Shown: positions 8,261-18,458 of the stretch, piece by piece | How the letters are laid out: the number at the start of each line of letters is the position of its first letter | Numbering within the stretch: the first letter of the stretch is position 1 | Virus record (IMG/VR): IMGVR_UViG_2563366843_000005 | Length of the DNA stretch: 40,277 nucleotides | DNA from: a virus | Lineage: Duplodnaviria; Heunggongvirae; Uroviricota; Caudoviricetes | Strand: one strand, 5' to 3' | The notes under the pieces: generated by a model | Told to the model about the DNA's origin: nothing | Databases searched by the model: none | What the model saw: only the letters and a program-made list of their open reading frames with translations | Made by a program: the position numbers and the translations under genes

Positions 8261-9190
8261 ATGGCAAACACTGCTGAGATATTCAATTTTCCAGTGCCGG
8301 ATGCGGCACAAAAGGAGCCGCGCGTGGCAGATCTCGATGATGGTTATACGCGCATTGCAAATGAGTTGCTGGAAGCTGTAATGCTGGCCGGATTAACACA
8401 GCACCAGCTTCTGGTCTTCCTGGCTGTCATGCGCAAAACATATGGCTTTAATAAAAAACTGGATTGGGTGAGCAACGAGCAACTTTCCGAGTTGACCGGG
8501 ATATTGCCGCACAAATGTTCTGCTGCAAAAAGTGTTCTGGTAAAGCGTGGGATTCTTATTCAGAGCGGGCGGAATACCGGCATTAATAATGTGGTCAGTG
8601 AATGGTCAACATTACCCGAATCAGGTAAGAAAAATAAAGTTTACCTGAAAGAGGTAAATTTACCTGAATCAGGTAAAAAAAGTTTACCCAAATCAGGTAA
8701 AGACGTTTACCCGAATCAGGTAAACACAAAAGACAAACTAACAAAAGACAATATAAAACCTTTTTCGTCCGAGAATTCTGGCGAATCCTCTGACCAGCCA
8801 GAAAACGACCTTCCTGTGGAGAAACCAGATGCTGCAATTCAGAGCGGCAGCAGGTGGGGGACAGCAGAAGACCTGACCGCCGCAGAGTGGATGTTTGACA
8901 TGGTGAAGACCATCGCGCCATCAGCCAGAAAACCGAATTTTGCAGGGTGGGCTAACGATATCCGCCTGATGCGTGAACGTGACGGACGTAACCACCGCGA
9001 CATGTGCGTGCTGTTCCGCTGGGCATGCCAGGACAACTTCTGGTCCGGTAACGTGCTAAGTCCGGCCAAACTCCGCGACAAGTGGACCCAACTCGAAATC
9101 AACCGTAACAAGCAACAGGCAGGCGTGACAGCTAGCAAACCAAAACTCGACCTGACAAACACAGACTGGATTTACGGGGTGGATCTATGA
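8261..9190 (+). CDS. O: replication initiator protein O
   Basis: N-terminus aligns with lambda O (VADLDDGY..., LRKTYG...); ori iterons inside the gene; start set at ATG 8261 after GGAGG. Confidence 0.85.
   Translation: MANTAEIFNFPVPDAAQKEPRVADLDDGYTRIANELLEAVMLAGLTQHQLLVFLAVMRKTYGFNKKLDWVSNEQLSELTGILPHKCSAAKSVLVKRGILIQSGRNTGINNVVSEWSTLPESGKKNKVYLKEVNLPESGKKSLPKSGKDVYPNQVNTKDKLTKDNIKPFSSENSGESSDQPENDLPVEKPDAAIQSGSRWGTAEDLTAAEWMFDMVKTIAPSARKPNFAGWANDIRLMRERDGRNHRDMCVLFRWACQDNFWSGNVLSPAKLRDKWTQLEINRNKQQAGVTASKPKLDLTNTDWIYGVDL
8611..8766. repeat. origin of replication: four direct iterons (TACC[C/T][G/A]AATCAGGTAA) plus a degenerate copy, followed by an AT-rich segment
   Basis: Iterons at 8613, 8661, 8685 and 8708, degenerate copy near 8641; AT-rich 8725-8766; lies inside O as in ori-lambda. 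Confidence 0.8.
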
Positions 9191-9888
9191 AAAACATCGC
9201 CGCACAGATGACTAACTTTGACCGTGAGCAGATGCGTCGGATCGCCAACAACATGCCGGAACAGTACGACGAAAAGCCTCAGGTACAGCAGGTAGCGCAG
9301 ATCATCAATGGTGTGTTCAGCCAGTTACTGGCAACTTTCCCGGCGAGCCTGGCTAACCGTGACCAGAATGAACTGAACGAAATCCGCCGCCAGTGGGTTC
9401 TGGCTTTCCGGGAAAACGGGATCACCACAATGGAACAGGTTAACGCTGGAATGCGCGTAGCCCGTCGGCAGAATCGACCATTTCTGCCATCACCCGGGCA
9501 GTTTGTTGCATGGTGCCGGGAAGAAGCATCCGTTATCGCCGGACTGCCAAACGTCAGCGAGCTGGTTGATATGGTTTACGAGTATTGCCGGAAGCGAGGC
9601 CTGTATCCGGATGCGGAGTCTTATCCGTGGAAATCAAACGCGCACTACTGGCTGGTTACCAACCTGTATCAGAACATGCGGGCCAATGCGCTTACTGATG
9701 CGGAATTACGCCGTAAGGCCGCAGATGAGCTTGTCCATATGACTGCGAGAATTAACCGTGGTGAGGCGATCCCTGAACCAGTAAAACAACTTCCTGTTAT
9801 GGGCGGTAGACCTCTAAATCGTGCACAGGCTCTGGCGAAGATCGCAGAAATTAAAGCTAAGTTCGGACTGAAAGGAGCAAGTGTATGA
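9187..9888 (+). CDS. P: replication protein P (DnaB helicase loader)
   Basis: 233 aa, matches lambda P over its full length. Confidence 0.95.
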   Translation: MKNIAAQMTNFDREQMRRIANNMPEQYDEKPQVQQVAQIINGVFSQLLATFPASLANRDQNELNEIRRQWVLAFRENGITTMEQVNAGMRVARRQNRPFLPSPGQFVAWCREEASVIAGLPNVSELVDMVYEYCRKRGLYPDAESYPWKSNAHYWLVTNLYQNMRANALTDAELRRKAADELVHMTARINRGEAIPEPVKQLPVMGGRPLNRAQALAKIAEIKAKFGLKGASV

Positions 9889-10187
9889 CGGGCAAAGAGG
9901 CAATTATTCATTACCTGGGGACGCATAAGAGCTTCTGTGCACAGGACGTTGCCGCGGTAACAGGCGCAACCGTAACCAGCATAAATCAGGCTGCGGCTAA
10001 AATGGCGCGGGCAGGAATCCTGGTCGTTGATGGTAAGGTCTGGCGAACGGTGTATTACCGGTTCGCTACCAGAGAAGAACGGGAAGGAAAGGTGAGCACG
10101 AATCTGATTTTTAAGGAGTGTCGCCAGAGTGCCGCGATGAAACGCTTATTGAGGGTATATAAAAGAACATCAATGGGTACACAATGA
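9885..10187 (+). CDS. ren: Ren (Rex exclusion escape) protein
   Basis: MTGKEAIIHYLGTH... matches lambda Ren; C-terminus diverges at the junction with the emrE island. Confidence 0.8.
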   Translation: MTGKEAIIHYLGTHKSFCAQDVAAVTGATVTSINQAAAKMARAGILVVDGKVWRTVYYRFATREEREGKVSTNLIFKECRQSAAMKRLLRVYKRTSMGTQ

Positions 10188-10254
10188 TGAAACAGGTGAG
10201 TTGATTTCAAACTGTAGTACAATTCTCTCCAGTTTGAACAGGAAAGAATATGCT

Positions 10255-10587
10255 ATGAACCCTTATATTTATCTTGGTGGTGCAATACTTGCAGAGGTCA
10301 TTGGTACAACCTTAATGAAGTTTTCAGAAGGTTTTACACGGTTATGGCCATCTGTTGGTACAATTATTTGTTATTGTGCATCATTCTGGTTATTAGCTCA
10401 GACGCTGGCTTATATTCCTACAGGGATTGCTTATGCTATCTGGTCAGGAGTCGGTATTGTCCTGATTAGCTTACTGTCATGGGGATTTTTCGGCCAACGG
10501 CTGGACCTGCCAGCCATTATAGGCATGATGTTGATTTGTGCCGGTGTGTTGGTTATTAATTTATTGTCACGAAGCACACCACATTAA
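10255..10587 (+). CDS. emrE: small multidrug resistance (SMR) efflux transporter EmrE
   Basis: 110 aa from MNPYIYLGGAILAEVIGTTLMKFSEGF..., matching E. coli EmrE (a DLP12 prophage gene in K-12). Confidence 0.9.
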   Translation: MNPYIYLGGAILAEVIGTTLMKFSEGFTRLWPSVGTIICYCASFWLLAQTLAYIPTGIAYAIWSGVGIVLISLLSWGFFGQRLDLPAIIGMMLICAGVLVINLLSRSTPH

Positions 10588-10618
10588 AAATAATTTGTTT
10601 CTAAACGACTAAAATATG

Positions 10619-10650
10619 GAGGCTCTTATATTTATATGAGCCTCGTTTTA
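10619..10650 (+). terminator. putative intrinsic terminator after emrE
   Basis: Stem GAGGCTC/GAGCCTC with AT-rich 12-nt loop followed by a weak T-run. Confidence 0.45.
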
Positions 10651-10843
10651 TGCTTTTTGTTAATGTCTTTATTTTTTTATGTATTCTTTTGTGCTTTCAA
10701 GATTATGGCGTAAGAAAATTGCAATACGATTATTGTTGTATATTCAAGATAATGTGACCTTAATTGTCTTTTTAAATAAAAATTAAACAAAAATTATATC
10801 TCACCACTAAGGTTTATAAAAGCATACGTTAGCAGGTGTCACC

Positions 10844-12370
10844 ATGAAAAAAGCCATAGCATATATGCGATTTTCATCACCAGGTCAGATGTCTGGCGAC
10901 TCATTAAACCGACAGAGAAGACTTATTGCTGAATGGTTAAAGGTAAATAGTGATTATTATCTTGATACCATAACATATGAAGATTTAGGATTAAGTGCAT
11001 TCAAAGGAAAGCATGCACAATCAGGAGCTTTTTCGGAATTTTTAGATGCTATAGAGCATGGTTATATATTGCCAGGAACTACATTGTTAGTTGAAAGTCT
11101 GGACAGACTTTCAAGAGAAAAAGTCGGTGAAGCGATTGAGCGTCTGAAATTGATTTTGAATCACGGTATTGATGTTATAACTCTTTGCGATAATACAGTC
11201 TATAATATTGACTCTTTGAATGATCCATATTCATTAATAAAAGCCATACTTATAGCACAAAGGGCAAATGAAGAAAGCGAGATAAAGTCAAGTCGGGTTA
11301 AATTATCATGGAAGAAAAAACGGCAGGATGCACTGGAGTCAGGCACGATTATGACGGCGTCTTGTCCGAGATGGCTCTCCTTAGATGACAAAAGAACGGC
11401 TTTTGTTCCAGACCCCGACAGGGTGAAAACTATTGAGCTAATTTTTAAACTCAGGATGGAAAGGCGCTCATTGAATGCAATAGCCAAGTATTTAAATGAT
11501 CATGCTGTAAAGAATTTCTCAGGAAAAGAAAGTGCATGGGGACCTTCTGTAATTGAAAAATTATTAGCGAATAAAGCTCTGATAGGTATATGCGTACCTT
11601 CATATCGTGCAAGAGGTAAAGGAATAAGTGAAATCGCTGGCTATTATCCCAGAGTCATATCAGATGATTTGTTTTACGCTGTGCAGGAAATTCGGTTGGC
11701 ACCTTTTGGTATTAGCAATAGTAGCAAAAATCCTATGTTGATAAATCTACTTCGAACAGTTATGAAGTGCGAGGCTTGTGGTAATACCATGATTGTTCAT
11801 GCGGTATCTGGAAGTTTGCATGGCTATTATGTTTGTCCGATGAGAAGACTGCATCGATGTGACAGGCCATCAATAAAGAGAGATTTGGTTGATTATAATA
11901 TCATTAATGAGTTGCTTTTTAATTGTAGTAAAATCCAACCAGTTGAAAACAAGAAAGATGCTAATGAAACTTTAGAGTTGAAAATTATTGAGCTCCAGAT
12001 GAAAATTAATAATTTAATTGCTGCATTATCTGTTGCGCCTGAAGTTACCGCTATAGCAGAAAAAATCAGAGTATTAGATAAGGAATTACGAAGGGCTTCT
12101 GTATCATTAAAAACTTTGAAGAGTAAAGCGGTGAGCTCACTTGGTGATTTTCATGCTATTGACTTAACCAGTAAAAATGGACGAGAGTTATGCCGTACAC
12201 TTGCCTATAAAACATTCGAAAAAATCATAATTAATACGGATAATAAAACCTGTGATATCTATTTTATGAATGGCATTGTTTTTAAACACTATCCTTTAAT
12301 GAAAGTAATATCCGCCCAGCAGGCGATAAGTGCTCTCAAATATATGGTTGATGGTGAGATTTATTTCTAA
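10844..12370 (+). CDS. ybcK: large serine recombinase (resolvase/invertase family), YbcK-like
   Basis: 508 aa, low-GC; N-terminal resolvase-type domain (AYMRFSSPGQ, catalytic Ser context) plus large recombinase domain with Cys-rich zinc-ribbon region. Confidence 0.85.
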   Translation: MKKAIAYMRFSSPGQMSGDSLNRQRRLIAEWLKVNSDYYLDTITYEDLGLSAFKGKHAQSGAFSEFLDAIEHGYILPGTTLLVESLDRLSREKVGEAIERLKLILNHGIDVITLCDNTVYNIDSLNDPYSLIKAILIAQRANEESEIKSSRVKLSWKKKRQDALESGTIMTASCPRWLSLDDKRTAFVPDPDRVKTIELIFKLRMERRSLNAIAKYLNDHAVKNFSGKESAWGPSVIEKLLANKALIGICVPSYRARGKGISEIAGYYPRVISDDLFYAVQEIRLAPFGISNSSKNPMLINLLRTVMKCEACGNTMIVHAVSGSLHGYYVCPMRRLHRCDRPSIKRDLVDYNIINELLFNCSKIQPVENKKDANETLELKIIELQMKINNLIAALSVAPEVTAIAEKIRVLDKELRRASVSLKTLKSKAVSSLGDFHAIDLTSKNGRELCRTLAYKTFEKIIINTDNKTCDIYFMNGIVFKHYPLMKVISAQQAISALKYMVDGEIYF

Positions 12371-12834
12371 ATAATGATCTCGGATTTTAAGTTATGCTAT
12401 GGTGATAAAGTGCAAGACAGAATTAATTATCTTTGACGAAACTTAATGGGTAATTACTTTGTTTGCTCCCACAAGCGAGTTTTGTACGGCTGTATTGGGG
12501 TAGTAAATGAGCTATACAATCTTAATCATTTGTTAGGTGAGAACTCTTGGTCGCAGATTCAAATACTGAAAATACGTGACAAATTATTATGAGCAAAATG
12601 GTGTATGTCACGTATTTTGAATGATAGGTTAAAAAATAACACCGACTTTCGTAGGTATTACTAATAATAAAGCAGAGTTTTTAGATAGTATCAATGTGCT
12701 TTGTGTATATTGTGGCAAATAATTGGGTTGGGGGTACAATTGTGATTGCTTTTGCATAAAAATTGCGCCTTTATGCATAATGAGATAAAGGAATATCAAA
12801 TAAAATAACGATAGGTCATAACAAAGAGGTTTTT

Positions 12835-13386
12835 ATGAAAACACTTATCGTTTCAACTGTATTGGCATTCATAACATTTTCTGCGCAGGCTGCAGCATTT
12901 CAGGTCACTAGTAATGAAATAAAAACAGGAGAGCAACTTACAACGTCTCATGTCTTTTCTGGATTTGGGTGTGAAGGTGGTAATACATCGCCCTCATTAA
13001 CCTGGTCTGGTGTTCCTGAAGGTACCAAAAGCTTTGCCGTAACTGTATATGATCCAGATGCACTTACAGGCAGTGGTTGGTGGCATTGGACTGTTGTTAA
13101 TATTCCAGCAACAATAACATATTTGCCCGTTGATGCAGGGAGACGTGATGGAACAAAACTGCCGACTGGTGCTGTTCAAGGCCGAAATGATTTTGGCTAT
13201 GCTGGGTTTGGTGGCGCATGTCCTCCTAAAGGAGATAAACCACATCATTACCAGTTTAAAGTATGGGCTCTAAAAACTGAAAAGATTCCTGTAGATTCTA
13301 ACTCCAGCGGAGCGTTAGTTGGTTATATGCTTAATGCTAATAAAATCGCAACCGCTGAGATAACACCAGTTTATGAGATAAAGTAG
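12835..13386 (+). CDS. ybcL: periplasmic PEBP/UPF0098-family protein YbcL
   Basis: 183 aa with N-terminal signal peptide (MKTLIVSTVLAFITFSAQA); recalled match to DLP12 YbcL. Confidence 0.85.
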   Translation: MKTLIVSTVLAFITFSAQAAAFQVTSNEIKTGEQLTTSHVFSGFGCEGGNTSPSLTWSGVPEGTKSFAVTVYDPDALTGSGWWHWTVVNIPATITYLPVDAGRRDGTKLPTGAVQGRNDFGYAGFGGACPPKGDKPHHYQFKVWALKTEKIPVDSNSSGALVGYMLNANKIATAEITPVYEIK

Positions 13387-13395
13387 GGTGAGAGT

Positions 13396-14193
13396 ATGCT
13401 GGCAAGAGGTAAGACTAACTTAAAGATCGAAGAAATACGGATGCATAAACATCATGAGATTCATAGGGTTAAGCCTCTTATGCCAGCTTTGTGTCGTATC
13501 CGTCAGGGAAAGAAAGTTATCAATTGGGAGACGCATACTTTAACTGTTGATAATAATCAAATAATATTATTTCCTTGTGGTTATGAATTTTATATTGAGA
13601 ATTATCCTGAAGCAGGGCTTTATCTTGCAGAAATGCTTTACTTACCCATTGATTTAATTGAGAGTTTCCAAAAACTTTATACGGTAACTGATCAAATACG
13701 TAACAAAACAAGTTTCTTTTTACCTCAGAATCCTGAGTTAATATATTGTTGGGAGCAACTAAAAACATCTGTTTCCCGAGGCTTCTCAACTAAAATTCAG
13801 GAGCACTTAGCAATGGGCGTTCTACTTTCGTTAGGAGTGAATCATGTTAATCATTTACTTTTATCATATAGTAAACAATCATTGATAAGTCGTTGTTATA
13901 ACCTGCTGCTATCCGAACCCGGCACAAAATGGACAGCAAACAAGGTTGCTCGATATCTCTACATTTCTGTTTCTACATTACATCGCCGTCTAGCAAGCGA
14001 GGGGGTAAGTTTCCAAAGTATACTGGACGATGTGAGGTTAAATAATGCGTTGTCTGCTATACAAACGACGGTAAAACCTATAAGCGAGATTGCCAGAGAA
14101 AATGGTTATAAGTGTCCTTCTCGTTTTACTGAAAGATTTCATAATCGTTTTAATATAACACCAAGAGAGATAAGAAAAGCTTCCAGAGAGTAA
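13396..14193 (+). CDS. ybcM: AraC-family transcriptional regulator YbcM
   Basis: 265 aa with C-terminal AraC-type HTH; low-GC. Confidence 0.8.
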
Positions 14194-14309
14194 AAGTGTT
14201 TTAAGAAGGAGCAATTCTATCGATTTTGATTTTGGGAAATCAACACGGCATAATTATGTCACCGGAGCCTGAACAACTCCGGTGACTTCTGCGCTAAACG
14301 GGGACGTTT

Positions 14310-14411
14310 ATGCGCACATACAATCCAAACTCTCTTCTCCCTTCACAGATGCAGAAATGCACCTGCAATTCTTTGCATCTAGCGTTTGACCTCTGCGGAG
14401 GTGAAGCGTGA
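14310..14411 (+). CDS. ylcH: small protein YlcH-like (33 aa)
   Basis: Short [36 protein letters not shown] overlapping the ybcN start; below the ORF-track threshold, translated by hand. Confidence 0.35.
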
Positions 14412-14863
14412 ACCTCTCACAAGACGGCATCAAATTACATCGCGGCAACTTCACCGCTATCGGTCGGCAGATCCAGCCTTATCTGGAGGAGGGCAAATGC
14501 TTTCGCATGGTGCTTAAACCGTGGCGTGAGAAACGCAGTCTTTCCCAGAATGCACTCAGCCACATGTGGTACAGCGAAATCAGTGAATACCTCATCAGCA
14601 GGGGTAAAACGTTCGCCACTCCAGCTTGGGTAAAAGATGCTCTCAAACACACATATCTCGGTTATGAAACCAAAGACCTGGTTGATGTCGTAACCGGTGA
14701 TATCACCACTATCCAGTCGTTACGCCATACCTCCGATCTTGATACCGGAGAGATGTATGTCTTCCTGTGTAAGGTTGAAGCCTGGGCGGTGAATATTGGC
14801 TGCCACCTGACTATTCCGCAGAGCTGCGAGTTCCAGCTGCTCCGCGACAAGCAGGAGGCGTAA
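14408..14863 (+). CDS. ybcN: YbcN-like protein (DLP12 nin-region protein)
   Basis: 151 aa, GTG start preceded by GGAGG; recalled match to E. coli YbcN. Confidence 0.8.
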
Positions 14864-15033
14864 TGGCTACACCGCTTATTCGTGTCATGAACGGACACAT
14901 CTACAGAGTATCAAATCGTCGTAAGCGTAAGCCTGAGCTGAAGCCATCCGAAATACCAACACTGCTCGGATATACCGCTAGCCTGGTTGATAAAAAATGG
15001 TTGCGACTGGCAGCAAGGAGGAATCATGGCTGA
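14863..15033 (+). CDS. ninE: NinE protein
   Basis: 56-aa ORF ([56 protein letters not shown]) translated by hand; TAATG overlap with ybcN. Confidence 0.75.
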   Translation: MATPLIRVMNGHIYRVSNRRKRKPELKPSEIPTLLGYTASLVDKKWLRLAARRNHG

Positions 15034-15316
15034 TTTGAGAAAAGCAGCGCGTGGTCGGGAATGCCAGGTAAGAATCCCTGGCGTATGTAATGGCAATTCT
15101 GAAACGTCTGTACTGGCACATATCCGGCTGGCTGGATTGTGCGGTACCGGTATCAAACCGCCAGACCTGATTGCCACCATTGCATGTTCTGCCTGCCACG
15201 ACGAAATCGACCGCCGCACACATTTTGTCGATGCTGCATATGCAAAAGAATGCGCGCTGGAAGGTATGGCGAGAACACAGGTTATCTGGCTGAAAGAGGG
15301 GGTTATTAAGGCGTGA
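15026..15316 (+). CDS. ybcO: YbcO-like putative nuclease (DUF1364)
   Basis: 96 aa from [23 protein letters not shown]...; Cys-rich; overlaps ninE end and rusA start. Confidence 0.8.
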   Translation: MADLRKAARGRECQVRIPGVCNGNSETSVLAHIRLAGLCGTGIKPPDLIATIACSACHDEIDRRTHFVDAAYAKECALEGMARTQVIWLKEGVIKA

Positions 15317-15675
15317 ATACCTACAGTATCACATTACCCTGGCCTCCGAGCAATAATCGCTATTACCGCCATAATCGCGGGCGCACGCACGTCAGTGCAG
15401 AGGGGCAGGCATACCGCGATAACGTCGCCCGAATCATTAAAAACGCAATGCTGGATATCGGCCTGGCTATGCCTGTGAAAATCCGCATTGAGTGCCACAT
15501 GCCGGATCGCCGTAGCCGTGACCTGGATAATCTGCAAAAAGCCGCTTTTGACGCACTCACTAAAGCAGGTTTCTGGCTGGATGATGCTCAGGTCGTTGAT
15601 TACCGCGTTGTGAAGATGCCTGTTACCAAAGGTGGGAGGCTGGAACTGACCATCACCGAAATGGGGAATGAATGA
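15313..15675 (+). CDS. rusA: Holliday junction resolvase RusA
   Basis: 120 aa, matches E. coli RusA. Confidence 0.9.
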   Translation: MNTYSITLPWPPSNNRYYRHNRGRTHVSAEGQAYRDNVARIIKNAMLDIGLAMPVKIRIECHMPDRRSRDLDNLQKAAFDALTKAGFWLDDAQVVDYRVVKMPVTKGGRLELTITEMGNE

Positions 15676-15812
15676 TGTTTGAGTTTAATATGGCAGAACT
15701 TCTTCGCCACCGCTGGGGGCGTCTGCGCTTATATCGTTTCCCCGGCTCTGTTTTGACCGATTACCGAATACTGAAGAATTACGCCAAAACACTGACAGGA
15801 GCAGGAGTATGA
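15672..15812 (+). CDS. ylcG: small protein YlcG-like (46 aa)
   Basis: ATGA overlap with rusA stop; hand-translated [46 protein letters not shown]. Confidence 0.6.
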   Translation: MMFEFNMAELLRHRWGRLRLYRFPGSVLTDYRILKNYAKTLTGAGV

Positions 15813-15897
15813 AGTCAGAGATAACAATCAACTAATACTGTTTTGTTGATTTTTGCTTGTAATTGGCGTTCTGGTCTGAGTTTTGTGGAGTAAGTTG

Positions 15898-16275
15898 ATG
15901 CGTGATATTCAGATGGTTCTTGAGCGTTGGGGAGCGTGGGCGGCTAATAATCATGAAGATGTGACCTGGTCGTCCATTGCCGCCGGTTTTAAGGGATTAA
16001 TTCCTTCAAAAGTAAAATCTCGCCCGCAATGTTGTGACGATGACGCGATGATCATTTGCGGGTGCATGGCCCGTCTGAAAAAGAACAACAGCGATTTGCA
16101 TGATTTATTGGTGGACTATTATGTCGGCGGCATGACTTTTATGGCGCTTGCACGTAAGCATGGGCGATCTGATTGTTGGGTTGGCAGGATGCTCCAGAAA
16201 GCTGAGGGCGTAGTGGAGGGTATGCTGATGGTGTTGGATCTCCGATTGGAGATGGATGCTGATTGTTCGAAATAA
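15898..16275 (+). CDS. quuD: late-gene antiterminator Q (QuuD-like)
   Basis: 125 aa from [22 protein letters not shown]...; Cys cluster ([12 protein letters not shown]); position upstream of the lysis cassette. Confidence 0.8.
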   Translation: MRDIQMVLERWGAWAANNHEDVTWSSIAAGFKGLIPSKVKSRPQCCDDDAMIICGCMARLKKNNSDLHDLLVDYYVGGMTFMALARKHGRSDCWVGRMLQKAEGVVEGMLMVLDLRLEMDADCSK

Positions 16276-16373
16276 TTAAAGGAAAAGTTGCTGTCTGATT
16301 CTCATTAGTCTAACATTTTAAATGTTGGAATCGCAACGTAGTTATTATCATATAACAGCTTGTTTCCTGATTT

Positions 16374-16402
16374 AGCCAGCCTCCCCAAAGGCTGGTTTTT
16401 TT
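16374..16402 (+). terminator. rho-independent terminator downstream of Q (tR'-like)
   Basis: Stem CCAGCC/GGCTGG, loop TCCCCAAA, followed by TTTTTTT; candidate pR' hexamers TTGCTG-17-TAACAT at 16288-16316 are weak. Confidence 0.55.
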
Positions 16403-16430
16403 CTAATAAGTATTATTTCGGGTAGGGATT

Positions 16431-16955
16431 TTATTGTTTAACCCATAATAATTCATTGACATTGAATCCCAACTTTTGAGCGGTTCGCACATAGTCTGCT
16501 TTTACTTTATCTGGAATAGTTGGGGTCCTTGCCAGAATCCATAGGTATTCTCTGTTCGGACCACTGACAAGAGCATACTTATACTCATCATCCAGTTTGA
16601 TTACATTATAGCCACCATAGAAGGGGCCAAAAAACGAAACCTTCAACGCTGCAGTTTTAGTATCTCCAGTAAAGTATGCTTTACCTTCGCTCTCGCTCCA
16701 TTTATTTTTCGTTGGATCGTATCCACGGTTAAGTACACGAATCCCTCCGTCGTTCCGTTTTCCATAGGTAGCGCTGACCTGTTCCAGACCACGTTCGAAC
16801 CGGTTCTCGAGGCGAGCTATTTCATACCATTTTCCGAGGTAGCGGTTGGCGTCAAAATTTGTAATCGGCTGCACACCTTTAGGTGGTGTCGGGGCCTTAC
16901 ATGCTATAAGAGTGAAAGAGAGTGCAATGCCAGTCAACACAGGCCATAACTTCAT
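16431..16955 (-). CDS. outer-membrane lipoprotein, bacterial lipocalin Blc homologue
   Basis: 174 aa with signal peptide and lipobox (LIAC); strong recalled similarity to E. coli Blc (NFDANRYLGKWYEIAR, KAYFTG, LKVSFFGPFYGGYNVI, YLWILARTPT). Confidence 0.85.
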   Translation of the reverse strand: MKLWPVLTGIALSFTLIACKAPTPPKGVQPITNFDANRYLGKWYEIARLENRFERGLEQVSATYGKRNDGGIRVLNRGYDPTKNKWSESEGKAYFTGDTKTAALKVSFFGPFYGGYNVIKLDDEYKYALVSGPNREYLWILARTPTIPDKVKADYVRTAQKLGFNVNELLWVKQ

Positions 16956-17147
16956 AATAAATCCTGTACTTTTGATAGTTGAGAGTAAGTATGAAAGATA
17001 GATGATTACGACCGATCACTTAAAGAACTTTCATACTATATTAGGAATAGTCTATAACAGAAAAATTGTCAGTGATGACGCCAGAAAGGCAATTTATTCC
17101 GTGCACTACACAGTTTATGTGTTAATGAATTAGTCAAGGGGGAGAAT

Positions 17148-18107
17148 ATGATAAAAAAACCTGTGATTGGAATCAGCGGTTGTTTGGCCGGCTCTGCTGT
17201 TCGTTTTGATGGTGGTCACAAAAGAGCTGACTTTTTAATGGACAAATTAGTGGAATGGGTAACATTCAGACCAGTATGTCCGGAAATGGCTATAGGGCTG
17301 CCAGTTCCGCGTCCTGCTCTACGTCTTGTGCGCTCGACGCAAGGAAATATACGGATGTGTTTCAGCCACGACCAGAATGAGGATGTGACAGAGAGAATGA
17401 CAGAGTTTAGTCGTTCTTATATGGACAAATTAAAGGATGTATCGGGGTTTGTGGTTTGTGCTAAATCTCCCAGCTGTGGCATGGAGCGCGTGCGTGTCTA
17501 TGATGAAAATGGTAATCGAGGTCGTAAAGATGGAGTGGGACTATTTACGAGCACTTTGATGGAAAAGTTTTCTTGGCTACCGGTTGAAGAGGATGGGCGA
17601 TTACATGATCCAGTGCTTCGTGAGAATTTTGTTGAAAGAGTTTTTGCTTTGCATGAGCTCAATCACCTTTACAAGGAGAAATTATCAAGAAGAGAGTTAT
17701 TAGCTTTTCATAGTCGTTATAAGCTTCAGTTGTTGGCGCATAGTCAGGCAGGCTATAAAGATATGGGACCATTTGTGGCTGCAATACACGAGTGGGCGGA
17801 CCTTGAATCATACTTTGAGGTGTATCGTGATAAGCTGATGGCGATTCTCAGAAAACCTGCATCACGTAAAAATCACACGAATGTGCTGATGCATATACAG
17901 GGGTATTTTAGTAACTACTTAAGTACACGCCAGCGTAAAGAGTTGAGCGAGGTTATACTTAACTATCGTTCTGGCACATTACCTCTTCTTGCGCCGTTGA
18001 CTCTGCTGAAGCATTATCTGGGTGAGTATCCTAATGATTACTTGCTTACACAGAATTACTTCGATCCCTATCCGGACGAACTGGCTCTAAGACTGATGGT
18101 AAATTAA
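17148..18107 (+). CDS. YbgA-like protein (DUF523 TudS-like domain plus DUF1722)
   Basis: 319 aa; N-terminal Cys-containing motifs (GISGCLAG, VCPE, AKSPSCGMERV) resemble the Fe-S-binding DUF523 family; C-terminal region resembles YbgA. Confidence 0.65.
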   Translation: MIKKPVIGISGCLAGSAVRFDGGHKRADFLMDKLVEWVTFRPVCPEMAIGLPVPRPALRLVRSTQGNIRMCFSHDQNEDVTERMTEFSRSYMDKLKDVSGFVVCAKSPSCGMERVRVYDENGNRGRKDGVGLFTSTLMEKFSWLPVEEDGRLHDPVLRENFVERVFALHELNHLYKEKLSRRELLAFHSRYKLQLLAHSQAGYKDMGPFVAAIHEWADLESYFEVYRDKLMAILRKPASRKNHTNVLMHIQGYFSNYLSTRQRKELSEVILNYRSGTLPLLAPLTLLKHYLGEYPNDYLLTQNYFDPYPDELALRLMVN

Positions 18108-18458
18108 TTGTATGCGATATCATCCAAAAGGATGAGTTCCTGCATGCAGGATATTTACAATCGTAAAAACTACACTATGATACCCAGAGTGTCAGTTTGT
18201 ATAAAAACTCTGTTTACGCTGAAGAAACCATTGAGATGCAACTTAAAGTTGGTAAACATGCCAGTCAAAATATATAATATTATGATTCCACGCAGCTATA
18301 TATAATATAACAGATTGGTTTAATAATTTGTCTTTGTGAGTTAAATACATAATTTTATACTTGTGATGCAATGAGATTTTCCTTATTGTTGAACTGGCGA
18401 ATATTGATTTTCCACCTATACTTACCTGGTGTAACCCCAATGATATCAGGTGGATAAT

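Noticed and set aside
8611-8730. Short direct repeats with regular spacing that could be mistaken for a CRISPR array
   Set aside because: Only four to five copies of a 16-nt unit with about 24-bp periodicity, inside the O gene and followed by an AT-rich segment: the classic ori-lambda iteron arrangement. They also encode the repeated LPESGKK peptide in O.
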